A stretch of 48,403 bases of DNA from Candidatus Moraniibacteriota bacterium (GCA_023261695.1 JAHFON010000005.1:1-48403), one strand, 5' to 3'. Positions 10,242 through 19,740 are shown, numbered from the stretch's first letter. The notes: a model not told the origin generated them from the letters alone. Made by a program: numbers and translations.

Positions 10242-10958
10242 ATGACTTTTGAAGAATCTCAATCGTTACCGAAACATGTAGTCATCATTCCTGACGGCAA
10301 TCGACGCTGGGCGGTCGAACGTGGCCTGCAGTCTTGGGAGGGACACGAAGCCGGTGCCCAAAACACGGAGAAACTGATACGGGAAGCCAAAAAACTTGGC
10401 ATTAAAGAAATGTCTTTTTGGGGATCGTCATTGGAAAATCTCTCCAAGCGTCCCTTGATGGAACGTCGAGCTTTGCTTCGCATTTACGAAACTTATTTCA
10501 AGAAACTCATTGCGAGCGAGGAAATCCATCAAGACGAAGCGCGGATCCGTTTTATCGGACATTGGGAGGAGCAGTTTCCGGATTCTCTCAAGAAAATTAT
10601 GTGCGAGGGCATTGAAGCGACCAAAAATTACGGTAAATATTTTTTGAATTTTTTCTTGGCGTACAGCGGCGATGACGAGATGCGTCTAGCTTTTGAAAAA
10701 GTCGCGCGTCTGCTTAAGGAAGGTGAGAAAGTGACTAATGAAATGATTAAAAATAGTTTGATGACGCGAGAATTGCCGCCGGTAGATTTATTGATTCGCA
10801 CGGGCGGCGAACCGCATTTATCCGCCGGTTTTATGATGTGGGATATCGCCAACACGCAACTTTATTTTTCCGATAAATATTTTCCGGATTTTGACGAAGC
10901 GGCTTTCTGCGAAGCGATAGCCGACTACACGGAAAGGCAGAGAAGGTTTGGGAGGTAA
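10242..10958 (+). CDS. uppS: Undecaprenyl diphosphate synthase
   Basis: HVVIIPDGNRRWA, SLEN..R, DLLIRTGGE.HLS.GF motifs. Confidence 0.95.
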   Translation: MTFEESQSLPKHVVIIPDGNRRWAVERGLQSWEGHEAGAQNTEKLIREAKKLGIKEMSFWGSSLENLSKRPLMERRALLRIYETYFKKLIASEEIHQDEARIRFIGHWEEQFPDSLKKIMCEGIEATKNYGKYFLNFFLAYSGDDEMRLAFEKVARLLKEGEKVTNEMIKNSLMTRELPPVDLLIRTGGEPHLSAGFMMWDIANTQLYFSDKYFPDFDEAAFCEAIADYTERQRRFGR

Positions 10959-11188
10959 GTAAAAAATTTTCAATTTCTGATTTTCATTAATGTATTATGC
11001 CTCTCAAAGTCGGTACAATCAAGACGCAACAAGACCTTCTTACAACAACAGTAGTAGGGTGATTCCTTTCGAGTTTCGGATAACATTGCCGGCTCCAAAC
11101 TGGCAGACAATCGCGCGTAAACAGCCCCCAGCTTCATAACTGGAGGAGGACTTTTTCATTTCCAGAGATTTTGCTATTATGTGTATGT

Positions 11189-11350
11189 GTATGAGCACGC
11201 TACAATTGAGCGAAAAGTAGCCTAAACCCCGGTTTTCTACCGGTGGCATGGTGAAAAGTCCAGTTAGACATAAAGAACCCATCATGTGGGGTGTCTAACT
11301 GGCCATATCGGGAAACCGGTATGAGGGGCTTCGGCCTCTACTCATGTGGT
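11189..11350. ncRNA. Candidate structured RNA (unassigned)
   Basis: Nested stems TACCGGT/ACCGGTA, ATGG/CCAT, CCAGTTAGACA/TGTCTAACTGG, plus a cUUCGg hairpin at 11324-11339. Confidence 0.45.
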
Positions 11351-11390
11351 GGGCTTTTTGTATTCAAAATTTAAATTTCAAGATTAAAAA

Positions 11391-11753
11391 ATGAAACCAA
11401 GCGGACAAGATAAAAACAAGCAACATCTAATATTTGTATTGCTCGATAAAGGACAATGTTTTTGTGTTTCTAAAAAATATCAAGAAGCAATTGAAATTTT
11501 TGATAGAATCTTAACGATTGATAAAGAAAATCCGGATGCATCAAGAGGCAGAGCTTTTGCAGTATCAAAATTAAAAGAACAGGAAAAAACTGAAAATCCA
11601 AGGACAGACATAATACCTACATCTCTGAGATGCGATATAAATGGAGATAAAATAAATGACAGGGGCTCCTATTCTGGAAAAAGAATAGAGAATAATACTT
11701 ATGATGAAGATTCTAATGATTTTGAAAATTTGCAAAAGATATATATCGATTGA
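11391..11753 (+). CDS. TPR-containing protein
   Basis: KG......KKYQEAIEIFDRILTIDKENPDA pattern typical of a TPR. Confidence 0.7.
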   Translation: MKPSGQDKNKQHLIFVLLDKGQCFCVSKKYQEAIEIFDRILTIDKENPDASRGRAFAVSKLKEQEKTENPRTDIIPTSLRCDINGDKINDRGSYSGKRIENNTYDEDSNDFENLQKIYID

Positions 11754-11761
11754 AATATTTT

Positions 11762-12787
11762 ATGAAAATAATAATAATTATTGTTATCACTTTGATGGGT
11801 GTGGCGAGTTTGATTACTTTTACTCCACAAGTTTCTGCTTTTATAACCCCTCATTTGAACACTCCATTACAGGTACAGATGACTCCTTCCCAAGAATGGA
11901 ATAACCAAGAAACCCGTAACAATCTGATAGCAACTTACGGTCTTTTGCTATTCAATTCTTGCAGTGGGAGTGAACAATATTGTACCAGCAGTATGGATTC
12001 GTACGGATATGCAACTTGTTTACGATTTGTTCAATTGGATCTTGCTCAGAGCATAAAAGATGGGTGCCGTGCATCATGCTCATCTGGTTATTACAGAGCA
12101 TCGAATGGCCAATGCCTAACGCCGGAGGCAGGATGTAACAAGGAATTTGGGCAGGACTCGCACTTTTTAAAGTACAATACAAAAGGTGAACCTGACTGTG
12201 GCACTTGTGCCAAGGGCGATGTTTGGGATCCTTATTATTCCAGATGCGTAGCCCAGACTCCGAGTGGAAGGCTCAACACTGATAATAAACTGACCAATGA
12301 TTGTGCCAGTGGTTATGAATGGAATTCAAGTCGAGATCGATGTGTTGTAATATCACCAAAAAGATCACAAGATCAAATCTGTAAAGATAGGTATGGAGAA
12401 AATAGCATATGGGATCGGACCATATATACCAAGTCCAAGAATTGGGCCCGAGTTACGTGTGATTGTGTAAGTGACTATAAGTGGAATAAGGAAAAGACAA
12501 TGTGTGTCGCATTACCGGTTACTCCAGCATCAAAGACTACATCTTCACAGACAGCCGATCTTAAAACTACAGAATCTCCTAATCTCAAAACACCTGATAC
12601 AAAGCTTCAGGATGTAACTTTCCCAAAGCTTCAGGATGTAACTTTCCCATCGCAAGTAAATAATTTTTCAACTGATGTCACTGCAAAATCACAAATAAGC
12701 AATCTTACGGTCAGTGAGGTTTCGAATACGCCAGTTTCCGCAAAAAATGGCTTCTGGTCGTGGTTTCTTGGTTTGTTTGGATATTAA
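11762..12787 (+). CDS. Exported cysteine-rich repeat protein
   Basis: Signal peptide; repeated C-x2-G/D-x2-W-x5-C units; Thr/Ser-rich linker; C-terminal FWSWFLGLFG. Confidence 0.75.
   Translation: MKIIIIIVITLMGVASLITFTPQVSAFITPHLNTPLQVQMTPSQEWNNQETRNNLIATYGLLLFNSCSGSEQYCTSSMDSYGYATCLRFVQLDLAQSIKDGCRASCSSGYYRASNGQCLTPEAGCNKEFGQDSHFLKYNTKGEPDCGTCAKGDVWDPYYSRCVAQTPSGRLNTDNKLTNDCASGYEWNSSRDRCVVISPKRSQDQICKDRYGENSIWDRTIYTKSKNWARVTCDCVSDYKWNKEKTMCVALPVTPASKTTSSQTADLKTTESPNLKTPDTKLQDVTFPKLQDVTFPSQVNNFSTDVTAKSQISNLTVSEVSNTPVSAKNGFWSWFLGLFGY
12600..12647 (+). repeat. 24-bp in-frame tandem repeat (KLQDVTFP x2)
   Basis: CAAAGCTTCAGGATGTAACTTTCC twice. Confidence 0.9.
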
Positions 12788-12802
12788 AATCATCAAAACA
12801 AT

Positions 12803-13189
12803 ATGCAAGACGAAAAACAGGCGGACAAAATTTCTGTAAATAACAGTATAAGCAGGAAAACGGCCATATTGTTGTTAGCTGTCGTATCCGTGCTTTTCAT
12901 CGGGTATAAATATATTTCCTCAGCCATAGACGAACAAAGACAGAAGGCGATAGAGGATAAAAAATTACAAGCAATTGAACAACAGAGAAATGAGTTGCTA
13001 CAGTGTTTGGATACAGCTAAAGGAGAGTTTGATAGAAAAGTGAAAACATCGAAAGAGTTCGGCTGGTATGATATGCAACATAATGGATTATCGCTAGATC
13101 AAGTCAATTCCCTAACAGCTCCAAAGATAGAAGCAGATAAGAAACAGATGGAAGTAGACAAGCAGGAATGCTACCAAATATACAAATGA
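12803..13189 (+). CDS. Membrane-anchored hypothetical protein
   Basis: Single TM then coiled coil with two Cys; operonic spacing. Confidence 0.7.
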   Translation: MQDEKQADKISVNNSISRKTAILLLAVVSVLFIGYKYISSAIDEQRQKAIEDKKLQAIEQQRNELLQCLDTAKGEFDRKVKTSKEFGWYDMQHNGLSLDQVNSLTAPKIEADKKQMEVDKQECYQIYK

Positions 13190-13935
13190 AATCCAGATTA
13201 CTGTATATCTACATCCTGATTATTCTCCTCCTTGCCGGTGGCGTTTTTGCTTATAAGAGTTCGCATAACGAACCACAAGTAATCAGTCCGCCACCAAAAG
13301 AAGAACCCCAGAGTACTTTTGACCAATCCTTTGGATTTGAGTGCCCAAGTGACTTTAAGACGTATAAAGAATATCTTGGTTCAATAGGTCAATGGGTGAT
13401 TAGATATACTGAAAAGTACCCCAGAGCAAGCACGGAAGAAATGATGGCTGTCCGGGATACGCTCAGAGAAAGGAATAATTGTGGGATACCACCCATTAAT
13501 ACAAGCACATCAGAACAATCAAAGAGTAACCTTCCTCAAAAGTACTATTTCAGTGATTCTAGCGCCGCTAAAAGTGGTAGTTGCCCAGGTATGGGTACCA
13601 GTTTGCAGGGGAAATATGACTCTGTTATACGGTATGGAGTCATCAAGTTTTCTTCGACTTCAGGGGACATACGGCTGAACTATTATGATATCAAGCAAGG
13701 GAAGGTTCTAGAGAGCTTTCAAGAGCATCCCTGGTTTTGGGCAGGCATTGACGATATAGATCATGATCAGTGTATGGAAGAATTTGCTCAATTCGTGGAA
13801 AGTAACAGAAATTCCATCTTTAAGATAGAGGGCAAAAAGGAAGGCGATGACTGTGTTTATTATACAAATGGGCCTTGTCTAGAAAACATCACGATAAAGA
13901 AGGCGACTGCCATAGGTGAATATACAGAGAGATAG
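13186..13935 (+). CDS. Membrane-anchored hypothetical protein
   Basis: ATGA overlap with the previous gene; N-terminal TM; paired Cys. Confidence 0.7.
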   Translation: MKSRLLYIYILIILLLAGGVFAYKSSHNEPQVISPPPKEEPQSTFDQSFGFECPSDFKTYKEYLGSIGQWVIRYTEKYPRASTEEMMAVRDTLRERNNCGIPPINTSTSEQSKSNLPQKYYFSDSSAAKSGSCPGMGTSLQGKYDSVIRYGVIKFSSTSGDIRLNYYDIKQGKVLESFQEHPWFWAGIDDIDHDQCMEEFAQFVESNRNSIFKIEGKKEGDDCVYYTNGPCLENITIKKATAIGEYTER

Positions 13936-13997
13936 CTTCACTGAGCTTGATATTGCCGCAGGATTGAGAAATCGTAGTTGTGGAGTATACTTGTATT

Positions 13998-15002
13998 ATG
14001 GAAGACATCTATACAATTCTTATTCTAATTTCATTTATTTGCTTGGTAGTTGGCGTAATTAAGCCAACTTTTTTCTCTCGTGTATTGAAAAGTTGGGCCA
14101 CGAGGGGGAGAATTGGTCTTGTTTTTGGCATTTCGACATTTATTCTCTTCGTCCTTTTTGGCATTACATCTGATAAAAATGAAGTAGCTCGGCAAGCGGA
14201 AGCCGCCAGATTGGCAGCCCAAATAATTGAATCAAAAAAACCGGAGGCAAACCAGGAAGAAGCGATAGCAGAGAGGAACAGTGAAAATCTCTTACCGGCT
14301 AATACGGATGTTCAGCAGGCTACATTGGTACCGGAAGAAGAAAAGAAAGCAGAGGAAACCTTTGAGGTCGTCAGAGCAGTTGATGGCGATACCATCGTGC
14401 TGAATATAAACGGCAAGGCAGAGACATTGAGACTCATTGGCATTGATACGCCTGAAACTGTCGATCCACGTAAGCCGGTGCAATGTTTTGGCAAGGAGGC
14501 TTCTGACAAGGCGAAAGCAACATTGAATGGGAAGATAGTGAAGATTGAAGCGGATCCGTCTCAAGGGGAGAGAGATAAATATCAAAGACTTCTTCGCTAT
14601 GTGTTTCTTGAAGATGGTACCTCGTACAATAAAATGATGATTGAGGAAGGATATGCTCATGAGTATACATACAACCTCCCATATAAATACCAAGCTGAAT
14701 ATAAAGAAGCCGAAACAAGCGCAAGAGACAACAAGAGAGGTCTCTGGGGAGATGTCTGTAATGGAAACACCTCACAATCCGCCCAAAACACAAGTACACC
14801 AAGCGCCGCTGCTGTTACTGCAGTCACAGAAGTGGAGCCAGAAAGAACGCCAAGCTCTTCCCTTTCATATGGCTGTAACTGTAAGAAGACCTGCGCCCAA
14901 ATGAGCTCATGTGATGAGGCTCAGTATCAGCTAAAGTCTTGTGGGTGTTCCGCTCGAGATGCAGATAAAGATGGGACAGCATGTGATTCTCAGTGCCAGT
15001 AA
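13998..15002 (+). CDS. Membrane-anchored thermonuclease (SNase) with C-terminal Cys-rich Excalibur-like domain
   Basis: VDGDTI, RLIGIDTPE, DKYQRLLRYV, RGLW motifs; C-terminal CAQMSSCDEA...DADKDGTAC. Confidence 0.9.
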   Translation: MEDIYTILILISFICLVVGVIKPTFFSRVLKSWATRGRIGLVFGISTFILFVLFGITSDKNEVARQAEAARLAAQIIESKKPEANQEEAIAERNSENLLPANTDVQQATLVPEEEKKAEETFEVVRAVDGDTIVLNINGKAETLRLIGIDTPETVDPRKPVQCFGKEASDKAKATLNGKIVKIEADPSQGERDKYQRLLRYVFLEDGTSYNKMMIEEGYAHEYTYNLPYKYQAEYKEAETSARDNKRGLWGDVCNGNTSQSAQNTSTPSAAAVTAVTEVEPERTPSSSLSYGCNCKKTCAQMSSCDEAQYQLKSCGCSARDADKDGTACDSQCQ

Positions 15003-15056
15003 ATATTTAACACATAGCGTATGCTGGCAAGTTAAAACTCAGCTTAATATAATGCT

Positions 15057-15584
15057 ATGTCAAGATACCTTGAGAAGGTCGAGCAAGTAGTCCGGAGTTT
15101 CAAAAGAATACCCCCACCAGGTTATCCTGAGTCTACCAAAGATGACGTGTGGGATTTTTACCGGTATTTTCTTCAAGATGCCTACCACCTTAAGGATTGG
15201 ATTGTATATGATGACTCGCTTGGTGTGAGTAAGAAAGAGATGGATGCCTTTATTGAAGGTAATATTTATATGAAGCTTCTTCAGTCAGTTGTAACAGGCA
15301 TCAAGCATTTAAAGGCTAACCATAAGCAAATAGTTTTTCCTAACCTTGTTCTTACGTGGGTTGATGAGGGCGGGTCAGAACCCAGTCCCGCGGTTTCATG
15401 TGGTGATTTAGTTCTTGGTATTGATGAGGAAGGATACTTTTTGTTAGAGGAAGATAGCAGCACAACGAGAGTAGAGAAACAAACGAAGACTGTGCACCCT
15501 AGAGTTTTAAGTGTAAAAGTTCTTGAAGCTTGGAATCAATTTTTAAAGAACCATGGTTTGGATGGTCATTTTGGGCTCTCTTAG
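15057..15584 (+). CDS. Hypothetical protein, possibly HEPN-like
   Basis: Helical N-terminal part with YHLKDW and TGIKH; family call is tentative. Confidence 0.55.
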   Translation: MSRYLEKVEQVVRSFKRIPPPGYPESTKDDVWDFYRYFLQDAYHLKDWIVYDDSLGVSKKEMDAFIEGNIYMKLLQSVVTGIKHLKANHKQIVFPNLVLTWVDEGGSEPSPAVSCGDLVLGIDEEGYFLLEEDSSTTRVEKQTKTVHPRVLSVKVLEAWNQFLKNHGLDGHFGLS

Positions 15585-15690
15585 GGGTCTACCCCGTGGC
15601 TTGCCGCGGTATCAAAGACAAGGTTGTCAGAGATACCTCGCCAGCTTGCTGCGCGGAGTATTCATTACTGAAATTAATTTAAAAAAAATC

Positions 15691-16683
15691 ATGGGATCCG
15701 GAGCTGATCGAAACAATCCCTGTCCATGTGGAAACGGGGAAAAGTATAAAAATTGCTGTATGGGAAAAATGGAAACGAGAAAATGCCCTCGATGTAAAAA
15801 AGACAATCAAATTGCCGAGGAGGCTCGAAAATTTCAATGTGGTCATTGCGGTGCCTATCTCTCAAAGGTTGATCGTCCCTCAGTAGTAGAAGTTCTCAAA
15901 ACGACTGATGATTTAGATAGCCACCTAAATCAGAGAGTGCTTCAAAACTTTCTAACTATGAACTTTCTGGACACTGCTCTATCTGATCAAGAGGGGCAGG
16001 GAAAGTTTATGCAGAGGCAAGTGAATGCCTTGCGTAGCCTAATGAAAGCTAACAAACACTTGCGCTGTTATCGGCGTGATGAGGTTACGGAGATGGAACG
16101 TCTCGGAAAAGCTAATGCCGAGTCAGGGACCACAAGCTATATTGCTTCTATCGAATCTATTGAGCTCGAAGCTGAGTGGGACGCCTATTTGGTTCAGCTA
16201 AAATCGGCACTGGACACTTTTGCTGGAGGCCTCGGTATCCTCGTTGATGTACCATTCCACGGCTGGCATTCGGACACTGATAGAGCAACTGGGAGGAAGA
16301 GAAGCGGTATAAAAATTCTGAATGCCCTGAAGAACATCGGTACTCCTTCGCCTGAAATTGAGGCAATGGTTTCTTTCTTGGAAGCCAATATGGAGTGGGT
16401 TACCCGTATTGTAGAGCTTCGGGATAAGCCAGTTCATCATGGTCAGTCAGTCGGAAGCGGCATTCATTTCAATCCTGAGCTAAGCACCACGCACAAGGCA
16501 AAAATTATTCATGATAAAAATCAATCAGAAGACATCGCTACTTTTATGGAACGTACCTTGAAAGATATGGCTTCTTTTTTTCGAATGCTCACGTATTTGG
16601 GAATCAATCATCGGCTTGATAAAGGCTTTAAGATGGGTGTGGACAAAGACGATAACTTTATTATCGTATTCCCGTCTGTGTAG
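15691..16683 (+). CDS. SEC-C motif / Zn ribbon / HEPN-like protein
   Basis: RNNPCPCGNGEKYKNCC (SEC-C), CPRC..CGHC, and R-x4-H (RDKPVH). Confidence 0.7.
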   Translation: MGSGADRNNPCPCGNGEKYKNCCMGKMETRKCPRCKKDNQIAEEARKFQCGHCGAYLSKVDRPSVVEVLKTTDDLDSHLNQRVLQNFLTMNFLDTALSDQEGQGKFMQRQVNALRSLMKANKHLRCYRRDEVTEMERLGKANAESGTTSYIASIESIELEAEWDAYLVQLKSALDTFAGGLGILVDVPFHGWHSDTDRATGRKRSGIKILNALKNIGTPSPEIEAMVSFLEANMEWVTRIVELRDKPVHHGQSVGSGIHFNPELSTTHKAKIIHDKNQSEDIATFMERTLKDMASFFRMLTYLGINHRLDKGFKMGVDKDDNFIIVFPSV

Positions 16684-16821
16684 GGATGGTTGATAGGGGA
16701 GCCCGAAATTTTTTCCAATAGACAGAGTAATTTTTTTCAAACGTTGATGCCAGTGTCTCTCAATAGCGTGAGTAATCTCTGTACACAGAGAAACAAGAAT
16801 ATTCTGGCTTCGTGTAAATAC

Positions 16822-17334
16822 TTACCCTTTGATCAAGTCTTTTAGATCCATTGCACCCTTTACGATACTATCATAGCCAGCGCGGTCACATAAACTAAGG
16901 AATCGTTCAAACTTTTTGGTGTAGTTACCATTATAGAGAATTCTACCCATGCTTGCCCGGCTATCACTTAGTTTTTGTAGTCGATTTAACCGGTATAACA
17001 CCTTACCCGCTACCGAATGGCGGTTGTAGGTGGTTAATTGATACTGGAGCCCATGACAGCGTCTGCACTTGAATTCGTGACCATTTAGCGGCAAATAGAG
17101 TTTAGTAGCTCGATAATCACACATACATCGAAAATAGGCTCGCGCGCCATAGGTAATATCCCTCCACTCTAGGGCTATCTTCTGAGGCTCATTCCCAGAC
17201 ACGCTAATGCACCAATCTGACTTATCATCCGGATCTTCTGCCCAAAAGTTTATATCCGCACGCGTTCCAAGCCCCAGTAGGAGATCCTTTGGAGTCAACG
17301 TGTAGCAATTTTCAACAAATAATTCAGTGTTCAT
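16822..17334 (-). CDS. Zn-finger hypothetical protein
   Basis: YFRCMC.YRATKLY...FKCRRCHGLQY motif. Confidence 0.7.
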   Translation of the reverse strand: MNTELFVENCYTLTPKDLLLGLGTRADINFWAEDPDDKSDWCISVSGNEPQKIALEWRDITYGARAYFRCMCDYRATKLYLPLNGHEFKCRRCHGLQYQLTTYNRHSVAGKVLYRLNRLQKLSDSRASMGRILYNGNYTKKFERFLSLCDRAGYDSIVKGAMDLKDLIKG

Positions 17335-17589
17335 ACAAATGTGATTTTGTAGTTATTATTCATGGCGGTTTTTCCATGATGGGGAGGAAAGTTCTGGATT
17401 GCCCGGCATGGAAGCTTCTTTGTGCCTGCAGGTACGATTCGCCATCAAAGTAACTAAACCGGGCTACTGATAGTCTATTGTTGCTCCTGCTTCTGTTGCC
17501 TGCTGTTGTAGATCTCTTATGATTTTCTGCTATTATTAGCCTTCTTTTGTTTGTTATTTCCTGTATTCTTTTTTCCGAATTTAGCTCAA

Positions 17590-18105
17590 TTGGGCAAGAG
17601 GGGGGAGTATGCCGTCCGATTGGTACGTCATTATGGTCCTGTGTATTTGATTCCGTTGTTTCTCGGAATACACGTCTGACTGACTATCGGTACCTGGATC
17701 TCACAGGATTTTCGGCGACTCGCCCATAGACTATTTCCACTAGCTTTCGATTGCCGTACCGTTTTGGTATGTCATATGTACGCCCATCAGTAGGACAACG
17801 TACACGTTTACATCTCTTCTCTGATTTTCCTAATACGGGCTAGGGGTCTGATGAGACCTGTAACATAGATATCAGGTCACTAGCTCGTATTGGGCCCTAG
17901 ATTGCTGTCTAGAGAGCATCAGGAGGAGTCGTTATTTTAATGGCGTCCAGCAGGCGGATTAACGATTGCCTCCACACCCTGCCAGTAACTCCGCATCGGC
18001 ATTGCTACCTTTGCAACGTACCGAGCTTTATTAGCGTTCGGTCGCTCACCCCACATTTTATTGAAAGGTAGGAACCAAAATCACACTGCAATTTTGATTC
18101 CTACT
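17590..18105. ncRNA. Large ORF-less, hairpin-dense region (candidate ncRNA or ssDNA origin)
   Basis: At least eight stems, including a 15-bp stem 17829-17843/17880-17894 enclosing GACCTG/CAGGTC; no credible ORF; strand ambiguous. Confidence 0.45.
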
Positions 18106-18535
18106 GAAGATTATCAAAGTACCAAAAACTTCTTCGAAAATCAGTCAATTTTCGGTATTTTAATGGAAACACAATAAAAAAGCGCTTTATAGCGCTATTT
18201 TTGTCTTAATCTGCTTCTTCCTCCAGCATTTCAAGTTAACTGCTTGCCTCAAGGTCAATTTTCAAAAAAATTGCGAAAAATATTTTTACCGGCATTGATT
18301 TCCGAAGTGAAAAGAGATCAAAATCCATTTTATATCCGCCACGCGAGCGATAACCCTACCACTACCCCATCATCTCTAAAGGAGGAGGTATGAGTATACC
18401 CCCCAATCAACATATTGCCTTAATTTAGCCATTTTCTTCTGGCTATACCACTTTATGGGTATTAGGAGCTCACTAATCAGTGACAACGAGCTCCGGCATG
18501 CTCGGTCGAGGCATGTGTCACATCCATATACAAGT

Positions 18536-18724
18536 ATGAAAAGAGAACAAACAGTATCATATGCCCCCGGCGCTACAGCAACTAAGCCAATGATTCGGAT
18601 TGCCAACCGGTTTCTTGAGGAGTACGGCTTTACAGTGGGGGACAGGGTCGAAATCAATTATGCAGACGGTCTAATTACCATTACTCATATAAATCTATAT
18701 GACCACGACAATACAATGGCCTGA
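18536..18724 (+). CDS. SymE/AbrB-fold protein (SymE-like toxin or regulator)
   Basis: PMIRIANRFLEEYGFTVGDRVEI matches the SymE pattern P.I.L.G.WL...GF..G..V.V. Confidence 0.7.
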   Translation: MKREQTVSYAPGATATKPMIRIANRFLEEYGFTVGDRVEINYADGLITITHINLYDHDNTMA

Positions 18725-18890
18725 GGCCATATCCCACCAAAAACGGGAACTTATTACACAACTAATCCTTCAAAACATTGAAAGCGATGAGGATAGAGAT
18801 CAATGGTTAGATGAACTTGAAACGGCTACCGCATATGATGGAGAAGAAATAATGGCTAATCTACTGGAAAATATAGCGCCAAAACTATAA
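18699..18890 (+). CDS. Small acidic hypothetical protein
   Basis: 63 aa ORF overlapping the SymE-like gene. Confidence 0.55.
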   Translation: MTTTIQWPEAISHQKRELITQLILQNIESDEDRDQWLDELETATAYDGEEIMANLLENIAPKL

Positions 18891-19011
18891 ATCTACTGGG
18901 AACGTCAAAGTTTTTGGTACTTTGGTAACGTTAGTAAGGAGGTTTTAATGGGTCGAATTATAACCACACCTGAAACAACATCAAATTTATAAAGGTAGAG
19001 AGAAAAAACAT

Positions 19012-19251
19012 ATGATCTACAAGAAATCTGAGGGTGAGCCTACAGCACTCCTAATCTCATGCAGAGACGAAGTAGCGGTGCAGGACAGACTGACATTCCA
19101 CTCGTATTTGGCGGGAACTCTGCGTATCACGCACTGGATTGAAGAGACAGATGATCTCGAGTCAAGGCTCGAAAGCATGTATGACATCCTCTTTGAGGAC
19201 GTAATGCAGAGCAGGGGAAGTAGCGGTACAGGGAATGAGGCAGTGAATTAA
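19012..19251 (+). CDS. Small hypothetical protein
   Basis: 79 aa ORF leading the recombinase operon. Confidence 0.5.
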   Translation: MIYKKSEGEPTALLISCRDEVAVQDRLTFHSYLAGTLRITHWIEETDDLESRLESMYDILFEDVMQSRGSSGTGNEAVN

Positions 19252-19281
19252 TAATCTTTTTAAGAAGTAATAAATAACATT

Positions 19282-19740
19282 ATGACCAAGACAACTAAAA
19301 AAGACCAAAAACGCGTTGCGATCTATGCGAGGGTAGCATCTTCAGGTGTTGTGGCTGAGAGAAGCCTCGCAAGACAACTCGATGAGATAAGAAAACATGC
19401 GAAAGAGAAAGGACATATGGTCTTTAAGGAATACTGCGATGTAGGCATAAGTGGAGGAACCGAAAACCGGCCGGCGCTTGATCAACTGAGAAAGGATGCC
19501 AACAGAGGGTGTTTTGAAGAGGTTCTATTACAAACGTCAGAAAGGTTGGCACGCGGGTACCCACTCATGGCTTTGTTTTTAGACGAGCTGGAAGAGCGGG
19601 GAATATCATGTGTATCAGTTGCCAAGCCAGTTTCTCTTTTATGTATTGGCATACAAGAGGAGGATTTGGCAGGCATGCAAGAGGGGCTTCCGTTCAAGCA
19701 CCCGGGCAGATATGAGGCAAACAGAGCAAAAAATGAATAA
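19282..19740 (+). CDS. Serine recombinase catalytic-domain-only protein, catalytic Ser apparently replaced by Ala
   Basis: AIYARVAS (consensus YxRVS), D.GISG...RPALDQL, ERLAR; no DNA-binding domain. Confidence 0.8.
   Translation: MTKTTKKDQKRVAIYARVASSGVVAERSLARQLDEIRKHAKEKGHMVFKEYCDVGISGGTENRPALDQLRKDANRGCFEEVLLQTSERLARGYPLMALFLDELEERGISCVSVAKPVSLLCIGIQEEDLAGMQEGLPFKHPGRYEANRAKNE

Larger units (their letters stand above)
18115..18924. repeat. 17-bp perfect inverted repeat pair
   Basis: CAAAGTACCAAAAACTT (18115-18131) and AAGTTTTTGGTACTTTG (18908-18924). Confidence 0.85.

Noticed and set aside
17848-17882. Hammerhead-like CTGATGA followed by a stem
   Set aside because: The stem is followed by ACTA rather than the required GAAA.
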